Positions 38,111-47,532 of a DNA stretch of 54,945 nucleotides are shown here, in pieces; positions within the stretch are counted from its first letter, which is position 1, and every line of letters begins with the position of its first letter. The translations under genes were made by a program, and so were the position numbers. Location of the stretch: contig CANKJN010000006.1 in assembly GCA_947482345.1 (NCBI GenBank), forward strand, positions 1 to 54,945, in the 5' to 3' direction. Origin of the DNA: Spartobacteria bacterium (GTDB lineage Bacteria > Verrucomicrobiota > Verrucomicrobiia > Chthoniobacterales > UBA6821). The notes under the pieces were generated by a model, which searched no databases, had not been told where the DNA came from, and saw nothing but the letters and a program-made list of their open reading frames with translations.

Positions 38111-38749
38111 ATGACAACCACCCTGGCCTGCGAGCTTCTGAGCACCCATTCTGGTCGACGCACATTCGACTGGTTTTGGGGCTTTGTTGCCCTCTCCACG
38201 GCACTCCATCTGGCGGTGGTCCTGCTGGCGGTCAGCTGGCATCCCACCCGTCCGCTTCCGGAGAAACCCGAGGATCCCGGCATCGAGGTCGACTTCGTCA
38301 TCGATGCGGCACCGGCAGCCACCGCACCTGCCAGCGCCGTGATGGCCGATGAAAAGGCCCCGATCACCCCCCTCGCCAAGCCCGAGGAGAAGATCGCGCC
38401 GAAAACCTCCCCCTCGCCGGCAGTCCAACCCTTCAAGGCAAGCCGCAACACAACCGCCGGATCATCGACGGCCCGCGGAGTCGCCGTTCCCGCGCCGCAC
38501 GGAAACCCTCGGCCCGAGTACCCCGAAATGGCCAAGCGGAAGGGATGGCAAGGCGAGTGCCTGCTGCGCGTCGCCGTGTCGCCGGAAGGGAAAGCCTCGG
38601 CAGTTTCGGTTCACCGAAGCTCGGGCTACGCCTCCCTGGATCAGGCAGCGCTTGCGGCGGTGCGGCGGTGGAGATTCCTTCCCCAATCCGCTGGCGGAAC
38701 ATGCGTGGCCTCCACGATCGAAGTGCCGGTCAACTTCAGCCTGCTCTGA
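38111..38749 (+). CDS. tonB: Energy transducer TonB
   Basis: TM with S...H, Pro-rich linker, PEYPEMA...G, SSGYASLDQAALAAVRRWRF. Confidence 0.9.
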   Translation: MTTTLACELLSTHSGRRTFDWFWGFVALSTALHLAVVLLAVSWHPTRPLPEKPEDPGIEVDFVIDAAPAATAPASAVMADEKAPITPLAKPEEKIAPKTSPSPAVQPFKASRNTTAGSSTARGVAVPAPHGNPRPEYPEMAKRKGWQGECLLRVAVSPEGKASAVSVHRSSGYASLDQAALAAVRRWRFLPQSAGGTCVASTIEVPVNFSLL

Positions 38750-38762
38750 TTCGAAACTAGAT

Positions 38763-40391
38763 CTAAGGCGTGTAGCGCTGAGCGAGCGGAAGGCGGCGCC
38801 CCATGCCGAAGGCGCGGCCGGTGACCTTGAGTCCGGGAGCGGCCTGTTCCCGCTTGTATTCGTTACGGTCGATCAGCGCGGTGATGCGCCTCACCAGCGC
38901 CTCGTCATGGCCCCGGGCCACGATAGCACTCACCGGAAGGTTCTCCTCCACATAGAGCGAGAGGATCGCGTCGAGCTCATCGTAGGGGGGCAGGGTGTCC
39001 TGATCCTTCTGATCGGGCCGCAGTTCGGCGCTCGGCGCCTTCTCGATCGTCGAGACGGGGATGATCTCGCGGTCGCGGTTGATCCAACGGGAGAGGGCGT
39101 AGACAAGGGTCTTGGGCAGGTCGGAAATCACGGCCAGACCGCCGCACATGTCGCCGTAAAGCGTGCAATAGCCGACGGCCAACTCGCTCTTGTTGCCCGT
39201 GGTCAGCAGGAGACTTCCGAACTTGTTGGAAAGGGCCATCATCGTGATTCCGCGGAGCCGGGCCTGCAGATTCTCCTCTGTGGCATCTTCGGGGCGCCCC
39301 TCGAAGGCTTTGGAGAGCCCCCTCTTCATCACTTCATAGGATTCTTTGATTGGCAGGTTAAGACACTTGATTCCAAGTGTTTCCGCGAGCAGGAATGCAT
39401 CTTTTACGCTTCCTTCCGAGGAATAGGGGCCGGGCATCGCCGCACCGGTGACATGCTCCCTCCCAAGTGCCTCAACGGCCAGAACGGCCGTGAGGGCTGA
39501 GTCAATCCCTCCGCTCAATCCTAGAACCGCACTCTTGAAGCCGCACTTGCGGAAATAATCCCGAAGGCCAAGGACAAGCGCATGGTAAAGTTCGCGGAGA
39601 TCATCCCGGTGATCGCGAAGCAACGGGGCGCTTGGCTCTTCCATCACGGCCAACTCTTCATTGAAGCCCGCCAACTCATGGCAACGGATGCCATCCCCGG
39701 AGATCGCCACAGAGTGACCGTCAAAGACCAACTGATCGTTCCCTCCGACTGAATTGCAATAGTAGATTGGTATCCCAAGTCTTTTTGCCTGAGCATCTAA
39801 CATCTGCAAGCGTCGGGCAGGTTTGCCGTATTGGAAGGGGGAGGCGCTCAGGTTCAGCAGGATCTCTGCACCGGCTGCAGCCAGCTCGGCGGGAGGATCG
39901 GCGCGGTAGAGGGGGCCAGGGAGATAATCAGGCGTCCAGAGATCCTCGCAGATGGTGATTCCGATCCGGCGTCCTCCGAAATTAATCGGCGTGCTTGAGG
40001 CGCCCGGCTCGAAGTAGCGGGCCTCGTCAAAGACGTCATAGGTGGGGAGCAGCCGCTTGTGGATGATCACGGGCGGCTTCCCTCTCTCAAGGAATGCAGC
40101 GGCGTTGTGAAAAGGCTTCCCGTGGCCGGTGGTGTTCCGGTCGATGAAGCCGACGACCAGCGGCACCTCCCCGACGAATGCATGGACCTCCCCAAGCGTG
40201 GCGAGATTCCGCTCCACGAATTCGCCCGCAAAGATCAGGTCAAGCGGCGGGTAGCCCGGGATCGAGAGCTCGGGCGTGATCACCAACTCCGCTCCCTCGG
40301 CCACCAGGGAATGGTAGGCGGAGAGGATCGCCGCGGAGTTCCCGGGGAAATCACCGACCGTCGTGTTGATCTGGGCAATGCCGATTTTCAT
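38763..40391 (-). CDS. nadE: Glutamine-dependent NAD+ synthetase
   Basis: Nitrilase domain (TPEL, LPTYDVFDE, ICEDLW) plus LGLSGGIDS, TGNKSE, PSAEL. Confidence 0.96.
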   Translation of the reverse strand: MKIGIAQINTTVGDFPGNSAAILSAYHSLVAEGAELVITPELSIPGYPPLDLIFAGEFVERNLATLGEVHAFVGEVPLVVGFIDRNTTGHGKPFHNAAAFLERGKPPVIIHKRLLPTYDVFDEARYFEPGASSTPINFGGRRIGITICEDLWTPDYLPGPLYRADPPAELAAAGAEILLNLSASPFQYGKPARRLQMLDAQAKRLGIPIYYCNSVGGNDQLVFDGHSVAISGDGIRCHELAGFNEELAVMEEPSAPLLRDHRDDLRELYHALVLGLRDYFRKCGFKSAVLGLSGGIDSALTAVLAVEALGREHVTGAAMPGPYSSEGSVKDAFLLAETLGIKCLNLPIKESYEVMKRGLSKAFEGRPEDATEENLQARLRGITMMALSNKFGSLLLTTGNKSELAVGYCTLYGDMCGGLAVISDLPKTLVYALSRWINRDREIIPVSTIEKAPSAELRPDQKDQDTLPPYDELDAILSLYVEENLPVSAIVARGHDEALVRRITALIDRNEYKREQAAPGLKVTGRAFGMGRRLPLAQRYTP

Positions 40392-40404
40392 GGGCGGTGG
40401 CATC

Positions 40405-41088
40405 CTACCAGAATCCCCACTGGCGCGTCGCACAAATGTAGCAGCCGAGGGCAAGATTTGCTGCGGCATGGGCGACAACGCAGGCCGCGAGACTCCGGGT
40501 GCGTGTCGCCACGATGTTGAAGAGAATGCCGGTCACGAACGCCGCGGGCCAATCCTCCTGTCCGTGCACCATGGTGAAGGCCACCACGACGGCCCAGAAA
40601 CTGAAGCGGTTGCTTGAACCGAAGGGAAGTGCCGTGAAGTCCTCCCTCACCAGATAGCGGAGCAGGAAGCCTCTCCAGAAGATCTCCTCGATAAGAGGGA
40701 CAATGATCACCAGACGCGTGAAGCGTGCAACCAACATCCAGGGAGTCAGGCCCGGCACCACTCCGGGATCGAATCCTTCCGTCCTCGCGGCCCTGTGCAG
40801 CACTTCCTGGGGCGAGACCCAGAGACTGAAGACAATCAGCCCGACCACGACACCGAGCAGCAGCTTTCCCGCTGAGCTTCCGCTGAAATCATAACTGTTC
40901 CGGAACCAGAGAAGCGCCGCGGCACAGACCGCCGTCTGGATCGGATAGACCCAGTACATGGGATCGAGCACCACCCCCGCGAAGGATGTGATGCCCATCG
41001 ACTTCGCGGCGGAAACCGCGACCAGCCCCGCCATGAAGAAGACAAAGGGCAATGTGTAGGCAAGCAGATCGCGACGCGGTGTGGCCAT
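40405..41088 (-). CDS. CAAX prenyl protease-related protein (Abi family, exosortase-associated type)
   Basis: VPLIEEIFWRGFLLR, FTMVH, HAAANLALG. Confidence 0.88.
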   Translation of the reverse strand: MATPRRDLLAYTLPFVFFMAGLVAVSAAKSMGITSFAGVVLDPMYWVYPIQTAVCAAALLWFRNSYDFSGSSAGKLLLGVVVGLIVFSLWVSPQEVLHRAARTEGFDPGVVPGLTPWMLVARFTRLVIIVPLIEEIFWRGFLLRYLVREDFTALPFGSSNRFSFWAVVVAFTMVHGQEDWPAAFVTGILFNIVATRTRSLAACVVAHAAANLALGCYICATRQWGFW

Positions 41089-41170
41089 CCATCTTGGATA
41101 ACCGATGTGATGGAGGGTTGGAAGATAGGAGTTGGAAGACGGGGGGGTGGGCCCGTTAGCATCCAACACG

Positions 41171-42052
41171 ATGCCGTCCAAAAAACCCTCCGATCTGTTT
41201 CCCCTGCTGGGCTCCCATGTGCCGACGGTCGGCGGCGTCTCCGCGGCCATCGACCGCGGTGTCGGGATCGGTTGCACGGCGATGCAGATCTTCGTGAAGA
41301 ACAACATGCAGTGGTTCGCCAAGCCGCTGCCCGAAGCCGAGGCGAAGGGCTTCAGGGAACACCCGCTGCGCGGTAAACTCGGCGCCGTCGTCGCGCATGC
41401 CGGGTACCTGATCAACCTCGGCGTCGAGGGGACCGACAACCACGAGAAATCCCTGCGCTCCCTATCCGACGAGATGCTCCGCTGCGAACAGCTGGGTATC
41501 CGTTCCCTGGTGCTCCACCCGGGGTCGCATCTCGGCGCCGGCATGGAGGCCGGCATCGGCTGCGTCGTGCGGAACCTGGATCGCCTGCATGCCGAGCATC
41601 CGGAGCTGAAGGTGCGCATCACCCTCGAGACCACGGCGGGACAGGGGGCCTGTATCGGGGCACGCTTCGAGGAGATCGCGGAGATCCTCTCCGCGGTGAA
41701 GGATCCGAGGCGTCTCGAAGTCTGCCTCGACACCGCGCACGCCTACGCCGCCGGCTACGACCTCGCGGCGCCCAAGGGCGCCGCCAAAACCTTCGCCGAG
41801 TTCGACAGGATCGTGGGCCTCAAGCGCCTCACTGTCCTGCATATCAATGACTCGAAGTCCGCGCTCGGCTCACGCGTCGACCGCCATGACAATCTCGGCA
41901 AGGGAAAGATCGGCCTCGACGCCTTCCGGTGGATCATGAACGCGCCCGAGTTGGCCGCTATCCCGAAAATCCTGGAAACCCCCAAGGGGAAAGACCTCGC
42001 CGAGGATGTGGAGGCAATGAAGCTGTTGCGCGGCTTTTTGAAGAAAGACTGA
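41171..42052 (+). CDS. nfo: Endonuclease IV
   Basis: HAGYLINL, HPGSH, LETTAGQG, DTAH, HINDS, DRH, ETP. Confidence 0.96.
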   Translation: MPSKKPSDLFPLLGSHVPTVGGVSAAIDRGVGIGCTAMQIFVKNNMQWFAKPLPEAEAKGFREHPLRGKLGAVVAHAGYLINLGVEGTDNHEKSLRSLSDEMLRCEQLGIRSLVLHPGSHLGAGMEAGIGCVVRNLDRLHAEHPELKVRITLETTAGQGACIGARFEEIAEILSAVKDPRRLEVCLDTAHAYAAGYDLAAPKGAAKTFAEFDRIVGLKRLTVLHINDSKSALGSRVDRHDNLGKGKIGLDAFRWIMNAPELAAIPKILETPKGKDLAEDVEAMKLLRGFLKKD

Positions 42053-42066
42053 AGGCATAAAAATAC

Positions 42067-42109
42067 AATCTGGAATTGCTTGCCTGCTATCGCATCAGGA
42101 AATCAGGAA
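42067..42109. repeat. 43-bp dispersed repeat, copy 2
   Basis: 41/43 identical to 17735-17777. Confidence 0.9.
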
Positions 42110-42156
42110 TGGCGGAAGAAAGGGCTAACCCGGCAGGGCGATACCCGCAACGGCTT

Positions 42157-42191
42157 CTAAGGAACCGCTGATTTAATCAGCGCTTCCCTAG
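42157..42191. mobile_element. Collapsed 35-bp MITE (fused terminal repeats only)
   Basis: Reverse complement ctag-ggaagcgctgattaaatc-agcggttcc-ttag equals the two ends of the 46943-47224 element joined. Confidence 0.85.
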
Positions 42192-42246
42192 ATGTTTATT
42201 TAAGCCGCTCTACGTGTTGAGCAACGGGTTCCCCGGGGCCAGATTG

Positions 42247-43539
42247 ATGTTGATGGTTAGGTTCGCATGCTTTCTTTGTGCCGCCCTTTTTGTCGGCATT
42301 CTTTCCACTACCCGTGCCGCGATCCAGCCGGGTGACCTTCTTAAGGATCCCTCAAGCGAAGAATGGGCGGCCCTCTCCAGATTCGACGGACGGATGAGCC
42401 GAGCCCGGTTTGAGGAGGGACTGCAGACCATCTTTGATCCCTTTGGCGGGCTGCGGTCCTTTCTCAAAATCACCGACTCCTCCGTGGAGGTCTTTTCCAC
42501 ACCCGTGCAAGAGACTCGGCTCGCCACGATCGGCTTTGCCACCACACAGCAGCCTCCCCCGGCGCGACCTTCACCGGGAGGCCCTACCTTCCAGTCAGGC
42601 TCATCGAATTCTCTCCAGGGTCTGACGCTGATGATCGACCCCGCCGATATCGGAGGGGCTTGGGGACCGATGGAGAATCGCTCCAGCTACTACAGGGGTT
42701 ATGGCCGCATCCAAGAGGGCGATCTGAATCTGCTGGTCTCCAAGCTGCTCGCCGAACGCTTGCGCCAACTTGGGGCGGCGGTTTACGTCACCCGCGACTC
42801 AAGCGAACCCGTCTGCAAGGCAAGCATTCCCGAGGTCGCCAAGATCGTCCCTTCCATGCTTTCGGAGCGCCCCTACATTCTCGCCGGCACCTTCCGTTCC
42901 AGAACCCGGAATATCCGTAAATCCTCGCCCATCTACGAGCGGATCGTGGCCGAAGTCCTGCTGACCAAGAACCTCGAGGCGCGCGCTCGCGCCGAGATGA
43001 GTGCGGGCACCATCAAGCCGGATCTCACGATCGTTCTTCAATTCGATGCATCCCCGGCCAGCCGTCACCTGAAGCTTGCCAAGATCAACCGGAACATCCT
43101 CTTTGTCGAAGGGGCCTACACCGCCCGCGAACTCACCAAGGATCCCCGTCAACGCTACCGATTGCTGACCAAACTCCTGCAGGACGTGACGCCGACAGAG
43201 ACACTGGCTGCGATTGCCATAGCCAATCGGCTAAGCGAGGCAACCGGATTCCCCCCCGTCGGCTACGGGGACTCGAAGACCACCCGCGCCATCGAGGGGA
43301 GCCCCTACGTCGTCGCCCGCAACCTTCTACTCCCCCGCGAACATGAAGGGCCGGTCGTCGTGACGGAACCCTATTTCATGAATGAGCCCGTCACCCTTCA
43401 GCGCCTACTCGCTGGTGACTTTGAAGGGGTCCGGGAGTTTGGCAGCCAACAGCTCCCCAGTATTTACCGTGAGTATGCCGACGCCGTGGCAAACGGCTTA
43501 CTGGACGCTTTTTCCGCAACGAAACCCGAGGAACACTAA
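42247..43539 (+). CDS. Amidase_3 paralog with substituted zinc ligands
   Basis: Colinear with 19472-20698 protein (EPYFMN, QLPSIYREYADAVA) but DPGH>DPAD and LHFNA>LQFDA. Confidence 0.85.
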   Translation: MLMVRFACFLCAALFVGILSTTRAAIQPGDLLKDPSSEEWAALSRFDGRMSRARFEEGLQTIFDPFGGLRSFLKITDSSVEVFSTPVQETRLATIGFATTQQPPPARPSPGGPTFQSGSSNSLQGLTLMIDPADIGGAWGPMENRSSYYRGYGRIQEGDLNLLVSKLLAERLRQLGAAVYVTRDSSEPVCKASIPEVAKIVPSMLSERPYILAGTFRSRTRNIRKSSPIYERIVAEVLLTKNLEARARAEMSAGTIKPDLTIVLQFDASPASRHLKLAKINRNILFVEGAYTARELTKDPRQRYRLLTKLLQDVTPTETLAAIAIANRLSEATGFPPVGYGDSKTTRAIEGSPYVVARNLLLPREHEGPVVVTEPYFMNEPVTLQRLLAGDFEGVREFGSQQLPSIYREYADAVANGLLDAFSATKPEEH

Positions 43540-43603
43540 TCAGCGGTTACCTAATCTCAACCTTCTGCTTGGAGTCCGACAGCGTTCCGCATAGAACTTA
43601 CCC

Positions 43604-43810
43604 ATGACCAACGGCCAAGGCTCCGCAGGCAATGTCATCGCCTCACTGGCGAGTTTCTTCATCCCCGGACTCGGACAGCTGATCCAGGGAAGACTCCTTG
43701 CGGCGATTCTCTTCTTCGTCTTCACCGGCATCCTCTGGATCTTCCTGCTCGGATGGCTCATCCATCTCTGGGCCTGCCTCGATGCCGCCCTCTGGAAACC
43801 CCGCTCATGA
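43604..43810 (+). CDS. Small membrane protein
   Basis: ASFFIPGLGQLIQGR motif plus hydrophobic helices; ATGA overlap with next gene. Confidence 0.8.
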   Translation: MTNGQGSAGNVIASLASFFIPGLGQLIQGRLLAAILFFVFTGILWIFLLGWLIHLWACLDAALWKPRS

Positions 43811-44202
43811 ACCGATATCTCCCACTCCTGGTTACCCTCCTGCTGCTGCCCGCCTGCACCAGCCACCTCCAGCAGAAGGAGAACTACCTTCGCCAGGCGG
43901 GATTCCGCCCGGTCACTCCCACGACCCCGGCCCAGATCGCCAGGGCCAAGGCCATGCCGCAGGGACACATCCAGAAGGTCACCCGCAACGGCAAGACCCT
44001 CTTCGTTCTCTCCGATGCGAAGAAGAATCTCCTTCTCATCGGCGGCAACCCCCAGCTTGAACGCTACCAGCAGATCCTCTACACCAAGCAGGTCGATCCC
44101 GCGATCGAGGATCGGGCCTTCGACAAGGCGCTGGAATACGACGGCTTCGGATGGGGCGGCATGATGGATCCCTTCTTCGGGATGCCGATGATGATGTATT
44201 GA
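43807..44202 (+). CDS. Lipoprotein, hypothetical
   Basis: Lipobox LPAC; paralog of 46172-46564. Confidence 0.82.
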   Translation: MNRYLPLLVTLLLLPACTSHLQQKENYLRQAGFRPVTPTTPAQIARAKAMPQGHIQKVTRNGKTLFVLSDAKKNLLLIGGNPQLERYQQILYTKQVDPAIEDRAFDKALEYDGFGWGGMMDPFFGMPMMMY

Positions 44203-44231
44203 TCGACAACCCGGAACCCCCTTCCCAACCG

Positions 44232-44981
44232 ATGAAAAAAACCCTTCTTCTCACCGTGGCGGCCGCATTGGCAATGGGCTCGCTCGGGGCGGCCACTCCG
44301 TCATCCATCGATCCCAACGCCCTCGCCCTGCTCAAGCGCATGAGCGATTCCCTCAAGGGGACGAAGGGGTTCTCCTACCGCTCCCGTATCGTGATGGAAG
44401 TTCCCTCCGTCACCGGACAGTTCGTCACGCTCGTCCCCGAGGGCAGAGTCGCCATGCGCCGTCCCGACAGACTGCGTGCCACGTATGCCGGGGATGCGCC
44501 GCCGTTGGATCTCTTTTATGACGGCACCTCCGTCTCGGTGTTCGCACCGCATGCCTCGGTCTACTCCACCGTCAAGGCGCCAACCAACCTCGACGAAATG
44601 CTCTCGGGGCTTCGCACGAACACCGGTGTGCGACTCCCCGCCGTGCCGCTCTTGAAGAACGATCCCTACGCCTCCCTCACCCGCGGCCTGCAGAGCGCCG
44701 TCGTCGTGGGAGAAACCCGGGTGGACGGGATTCCCTGCGACCATCTGGCATTCCGCCGTGCCGGCGTGAATTGGGAAATCTGGCTCGAGACCGGATCGCG
44801 CGCCCTGCCCCGTCGTCTGGCCGCGACCTTCACCGACCGCCCCAACTTCCCGCGCACCATCGTCGAGTTTTCCCGGTGGAATCTCCATCCGTGGCTTCCG
44901 GACGGCCTCTTCCGCTTTCACAAACCTCCGAATGCGAAGGAAATTCCCTTTGCGGACGTGATCAAGGACGCACGCCGATGA
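44232..44981 (+). CDS. DUF2092-family periplasmic protein
   Basis: ALALLKRMSD, RRPDRLR, CDHLAFR...WEIW. Confidence 0.85.
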   Translation: MKKTLLLTVAAALAMGSLGAATPSSIDPNALALLKRMSDSLKGTKGFSYRSRIVMEVPSVTGQFVTLVPEGRVAMRRPDRLRATYAGDAPPLDLFYDGTSVSVFAPHASVYSTVKAPTNLDEMLSGLRTNTGVRLPAVPLLKNDPYASLTRGLQSAVVVGETRVDGIPCDHLAFRRAGVNWEIWLETGSRALPRRLAATFTDRPNFPRTIVEFSRWNLHPWLPDGLFRFHKPPNAKEIPFADVIKDARR

Positions 44982-45496
44982 AAAAATTCCTCGCCCTCAT
45001 CCTTTGCCTTCCGGCCCTTCTTCTCGAAGGCTGCACGAGCGGCTACTACACCGGCCCGTCCACCTACGTCCCGCCCGCCGTCGTCCCCGGCTACGCATGG
45101 ATCGGCCCCGGCTACTACGGCGGCTACTATTACGGCACCAGCACCGACTACTACGGCAGTACCTACTATCGCGGCGCCACCGGCACCGCCTACCACGGCA
45201 CCTATGTGAACGGCGCGGAGTATCACGGCGCCTACAATAGCGGCGGTTACTACAACACCGCCTCCGGAGGACACGGTTCCTGGTATGACGGCACCGGCAG
45301 CGCCTATGGCTCGCGCGGGGGATCCGCTTCTTGGAGCGATGGATCAGGCAGCGCATCGGGCTATCGTGGCGGCTCGGCTTCATGGAGCGACGGCTCCGGC
45401 AGTGCGACCGGATACCGCGGCGGCACCGCTTCCTGGAGTGACGGATCGGGTTCCTGGCACGGAGCAGGGGGACGCTCCGGCTCTTTCCGCCGATAA
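44978..45496 (+). CDS. Gly/Tyr/Ser-rich lipoprotein with 17-aa repeats
   Basis: Lipobox LEGC; four GGSASWSDGSGSA(S/T)GYR-like units (nt 45266-45469). Confidence 0.78.
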   Translation: MKKFLALILCLPALLLEGCTSGYYTGPSTYVPPAVVPGYAWIGPGYYGGYYYGTSTDYYGSTYYRGATGTAYHGTYVNGAEYHGAYNSGGYYNTASGGHGSWYDGTGSAYGSRGGSASWSDGSGSASGYRGGSASWSDGSGSATGYRGGTASWSDGSGSWHGAGGRSGSFRR

Positions 45497-45498
45497 CC

Positions 45499-46080
45499 AT
45501 GAGCAAGCCCCGGATTCTTGCCTTCGGCGGCAGTCTCCGACGTGATTCCTTCAACCGGAAGCTCGCCGCCATTGCCGCCGAGGGGGCACGCGAGGCGGGT
45601 GCCGAGGTGACGCTGATCGAGTTGCGCGATTTCCCCATGCCGCTCTTTGATCAGGATCTCGAGGCGGAGATCGGTAAGCCCGCGGAAGCCAGGCGCCTCA
45701 AGGAACTCTTCCTCTCTCATCAGGGGCTCCTGATCGCCTCGCCGGAATACAACAGCGGTTATTCCGCCGCGCTGAAGAACGCCATCGACTGGGTCTCGCG
45801 CGGCGATAGCCCCGACGAGCCGCCCATCTCAGCCCTTTCGGGGAAGATCGCCGTCATCATGGCGACATCACCCGGTGGGCTCGGCGGACTGCGCGGGCTC
45901 ATTCCCCTGCGGATGCTCCTCGGCAACCTCGGCATCACCGTGCTCCCCGACCAGATCGCGATCCCCTCGGCTTACACTGCCTTCGGCCCTGACGGCCGAC
46001 TCGTCGATCCCAAGCAGGAAGCCAAGGTCAAGACCCTCGGTGCAGCACTCGCAACGCACCTCCGGAAACTAGCCACCTAA
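45499..46080 (+). CDS. NAD(P)H-dependent FMN reductase (ChrR/SsuE-like)
   Basis: GSLRRDSFN, SPEYN, LKNAIDWVSR, GGLRG. Confidence 0.93.
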   Translation: MSKPRILAFGGSLRRDSFNRKLAAIAAEGAREAGAEVTLIELRDFPMPLFDQDLEAEIGKPAEARRLKELFLSHQGLLIASPEYNSGYSAALKNAIDWVSRGDSPDEPPISALSGKIAVIMATSPGGLGGLRGLIPLRMLLGNLGITVLPDQIAIPSAYTAFGPDGRLVDPKQEAKVKTLGAALATHLRKLAT

Positions 46081-46171
46081 CCAACTAGGGACGGTTGCCC
46101 CTGCTTGTGCCCGTTTTCCCTCCCCTTACTCATGGACTCATGGGGTCATTTGGATAACCATTCCCACACGC

Positions 46172-46564
46172 ATGAAACGCTTTCTTCCCATAGTTGCCCT
46201 CCTGCTCCTCACGCTGGTTCTTCCGGCCTGTGCCTCCCACCTGGATAAGAAAGAGGGCTACCTCAAGGAAGCCGGCTTCCGCACCGTGAAGCCGACGACG
46301 CCCGAGCAGATCGCCCACTTCCAATCACTCCGCAAGAACCACATCACCCAAGAGACCCGCAACGGCAGCACCCTCTTCATGCTCGCCGACGAGAACAAGA
46401 ATATCCTCCTCGTCGGTGGCGAATCCGAATTTCAGAGCTATCAGGAAATCCTCTATGCCCGCGAAGTGGAACCGGGTAAGAAGAGTGCCAAGTTCACCAA
46501 GGGAATCGAAAACATCTGGGATCAGGGATGGGGGTCGGTGCTGGGTTCGATGATTCCGCAGTAG
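46172..46564 (+). CDS. Lipoprotein, hypothetical
   Basis: Lipobox LPAC; KEGYLKEAGFRTVKPTTPEQIA matches KENYLRQAGFRPVTPTTPAQIA of 43807-44202. Confidence 0.82.
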   Translation: MKRFLPIVALLLLTLVLPACASHLDKKEGYLKEAGFRTVKPTTPEQIAHFQSLRKNHITQETRNGSTLFMLADENKNILLVGGESEFQSYQEILYAREVEPGKKSAKFTKGIENIWDQGWGSVLGSMIPQ

Positions 46565-46565
46565 T

Positions 46566-46590
46566 TGATCCGTCTGCAGAAGACGGATCA
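46566..46590 (+). terminator. Perfect 10-bp hairpin after lipoprotein stop
   Basis: tgatccgtct-gcaga-agacggatca; weak U-tract. Confidence 0.45.
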
Positions 46591-46703
46591 GGGGTTTAGG
46601 CTCTAGCAATTTAGTCTGTTAGGGCAGTTGTGAAGGGTGCTGTGTTGCGGGGTATCCACTGCTTTGTTGATTTCGCTGACCTCCAGCCGTAGTGATTGCT
46701 TCC

Positions 46704-46946
46704 ATGACGCTTGCCGAGATTCAGAAAGAGTTGCCGAATCTTACCTTCTTGGAACGGCAGGAACTGATGGCGGCTTTGATCCATCTTGATCCGCCCCCCG
46801 TCTCCGAGGATGAGAGGGTCATTCTTGAGGCAAGGCTGAAGTATGCCGAGGAGAATCCGGGGCGCGAGATCCCCTTTGAAGAGCTTGAGGCCAGACTCCT
46901 GGAGCGATATCGCCGGCGATCAGATGCTGACATGGAGCCCCACTAG
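46704..46946 (+). CDS. Addiction-module antitoxin-like protein
   Basis: LTFLERQELM...ILEARLKYAEENPGREIPFEELEARL; stop codon falls in the MITE end. Confidence 0.7.
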   Translation: MTLAEIQKELPNLTFLERQELMAALIHLDPPPVSEDERVILEARLKYAEENPGREIPFEELEARLLERYRRRSDADMEPH

Positions 46947-47224
46947 GGAAGCGCTGATTAAATCCCATGAAGGCCGCTGAAGAGCATTTGCTGATTTTTG
47001 AAGGCGCGAGTGCTGGGCGATACCCGCAGCGGTCTCGCCCGAGCGAGCAACGCGGCAAAAATCGACAAATGGCTTCAGCCCTTTGGGTTGCGGGGATAAC
47101 AGGCCGGGGGCTGCGTTGGCTTGGCACTTACAGCCCACTGAGGGGATGCTCGTGCCAAGCCGCCTTGCCCGCGGCCCATTCTTCCCGCAACGGCCTCTAT
47201 GCGATTTAATCAGCGGTTCCTTAG
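46943..47224. mobile_element. 282-bp MITE with IS5-like ends
   Basis: TIRs GGAAGCGCTGATTAAATC / GATTTAATCAGCGGTTCC (17/18) flanked by CTAG and TTAG; no coding capacity. Confidence 0.85.
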
Positions 47225-47532
47225 GATTTCAGCGGCGGCATGCGCGGTAAGTTTGCACCTGACTCGGGATTACCAAAACCGCCTGGCTAGCCAAGCGGAT
47301 AAAAGGGATGTTCACCACCGAGCCCTTGTTCCTGAGGACGAGCCGAGACTGAGTTCAGGTTGTCTGCTCCAGAAGGCATGGGCTCTGGGATCATCTCTGC
47401 AAGCTCACTTGCAAGAGTGAGACCTCCACCAACTGCCTTTTCCCCTAACAGTCTAACAGTCTTCAGCCTAAACAACCTTTTCCGGGGCCTAGGACGCTCT
47501 ACGTCCCAGTGGGTGTGTGATGATGGGTGCCT

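Noticed and set aside
38027-38428. Longer start for the TonB receptor
   Set aside because: Would overlap tonB and the operator boxes; the signal peptide begins near 38008
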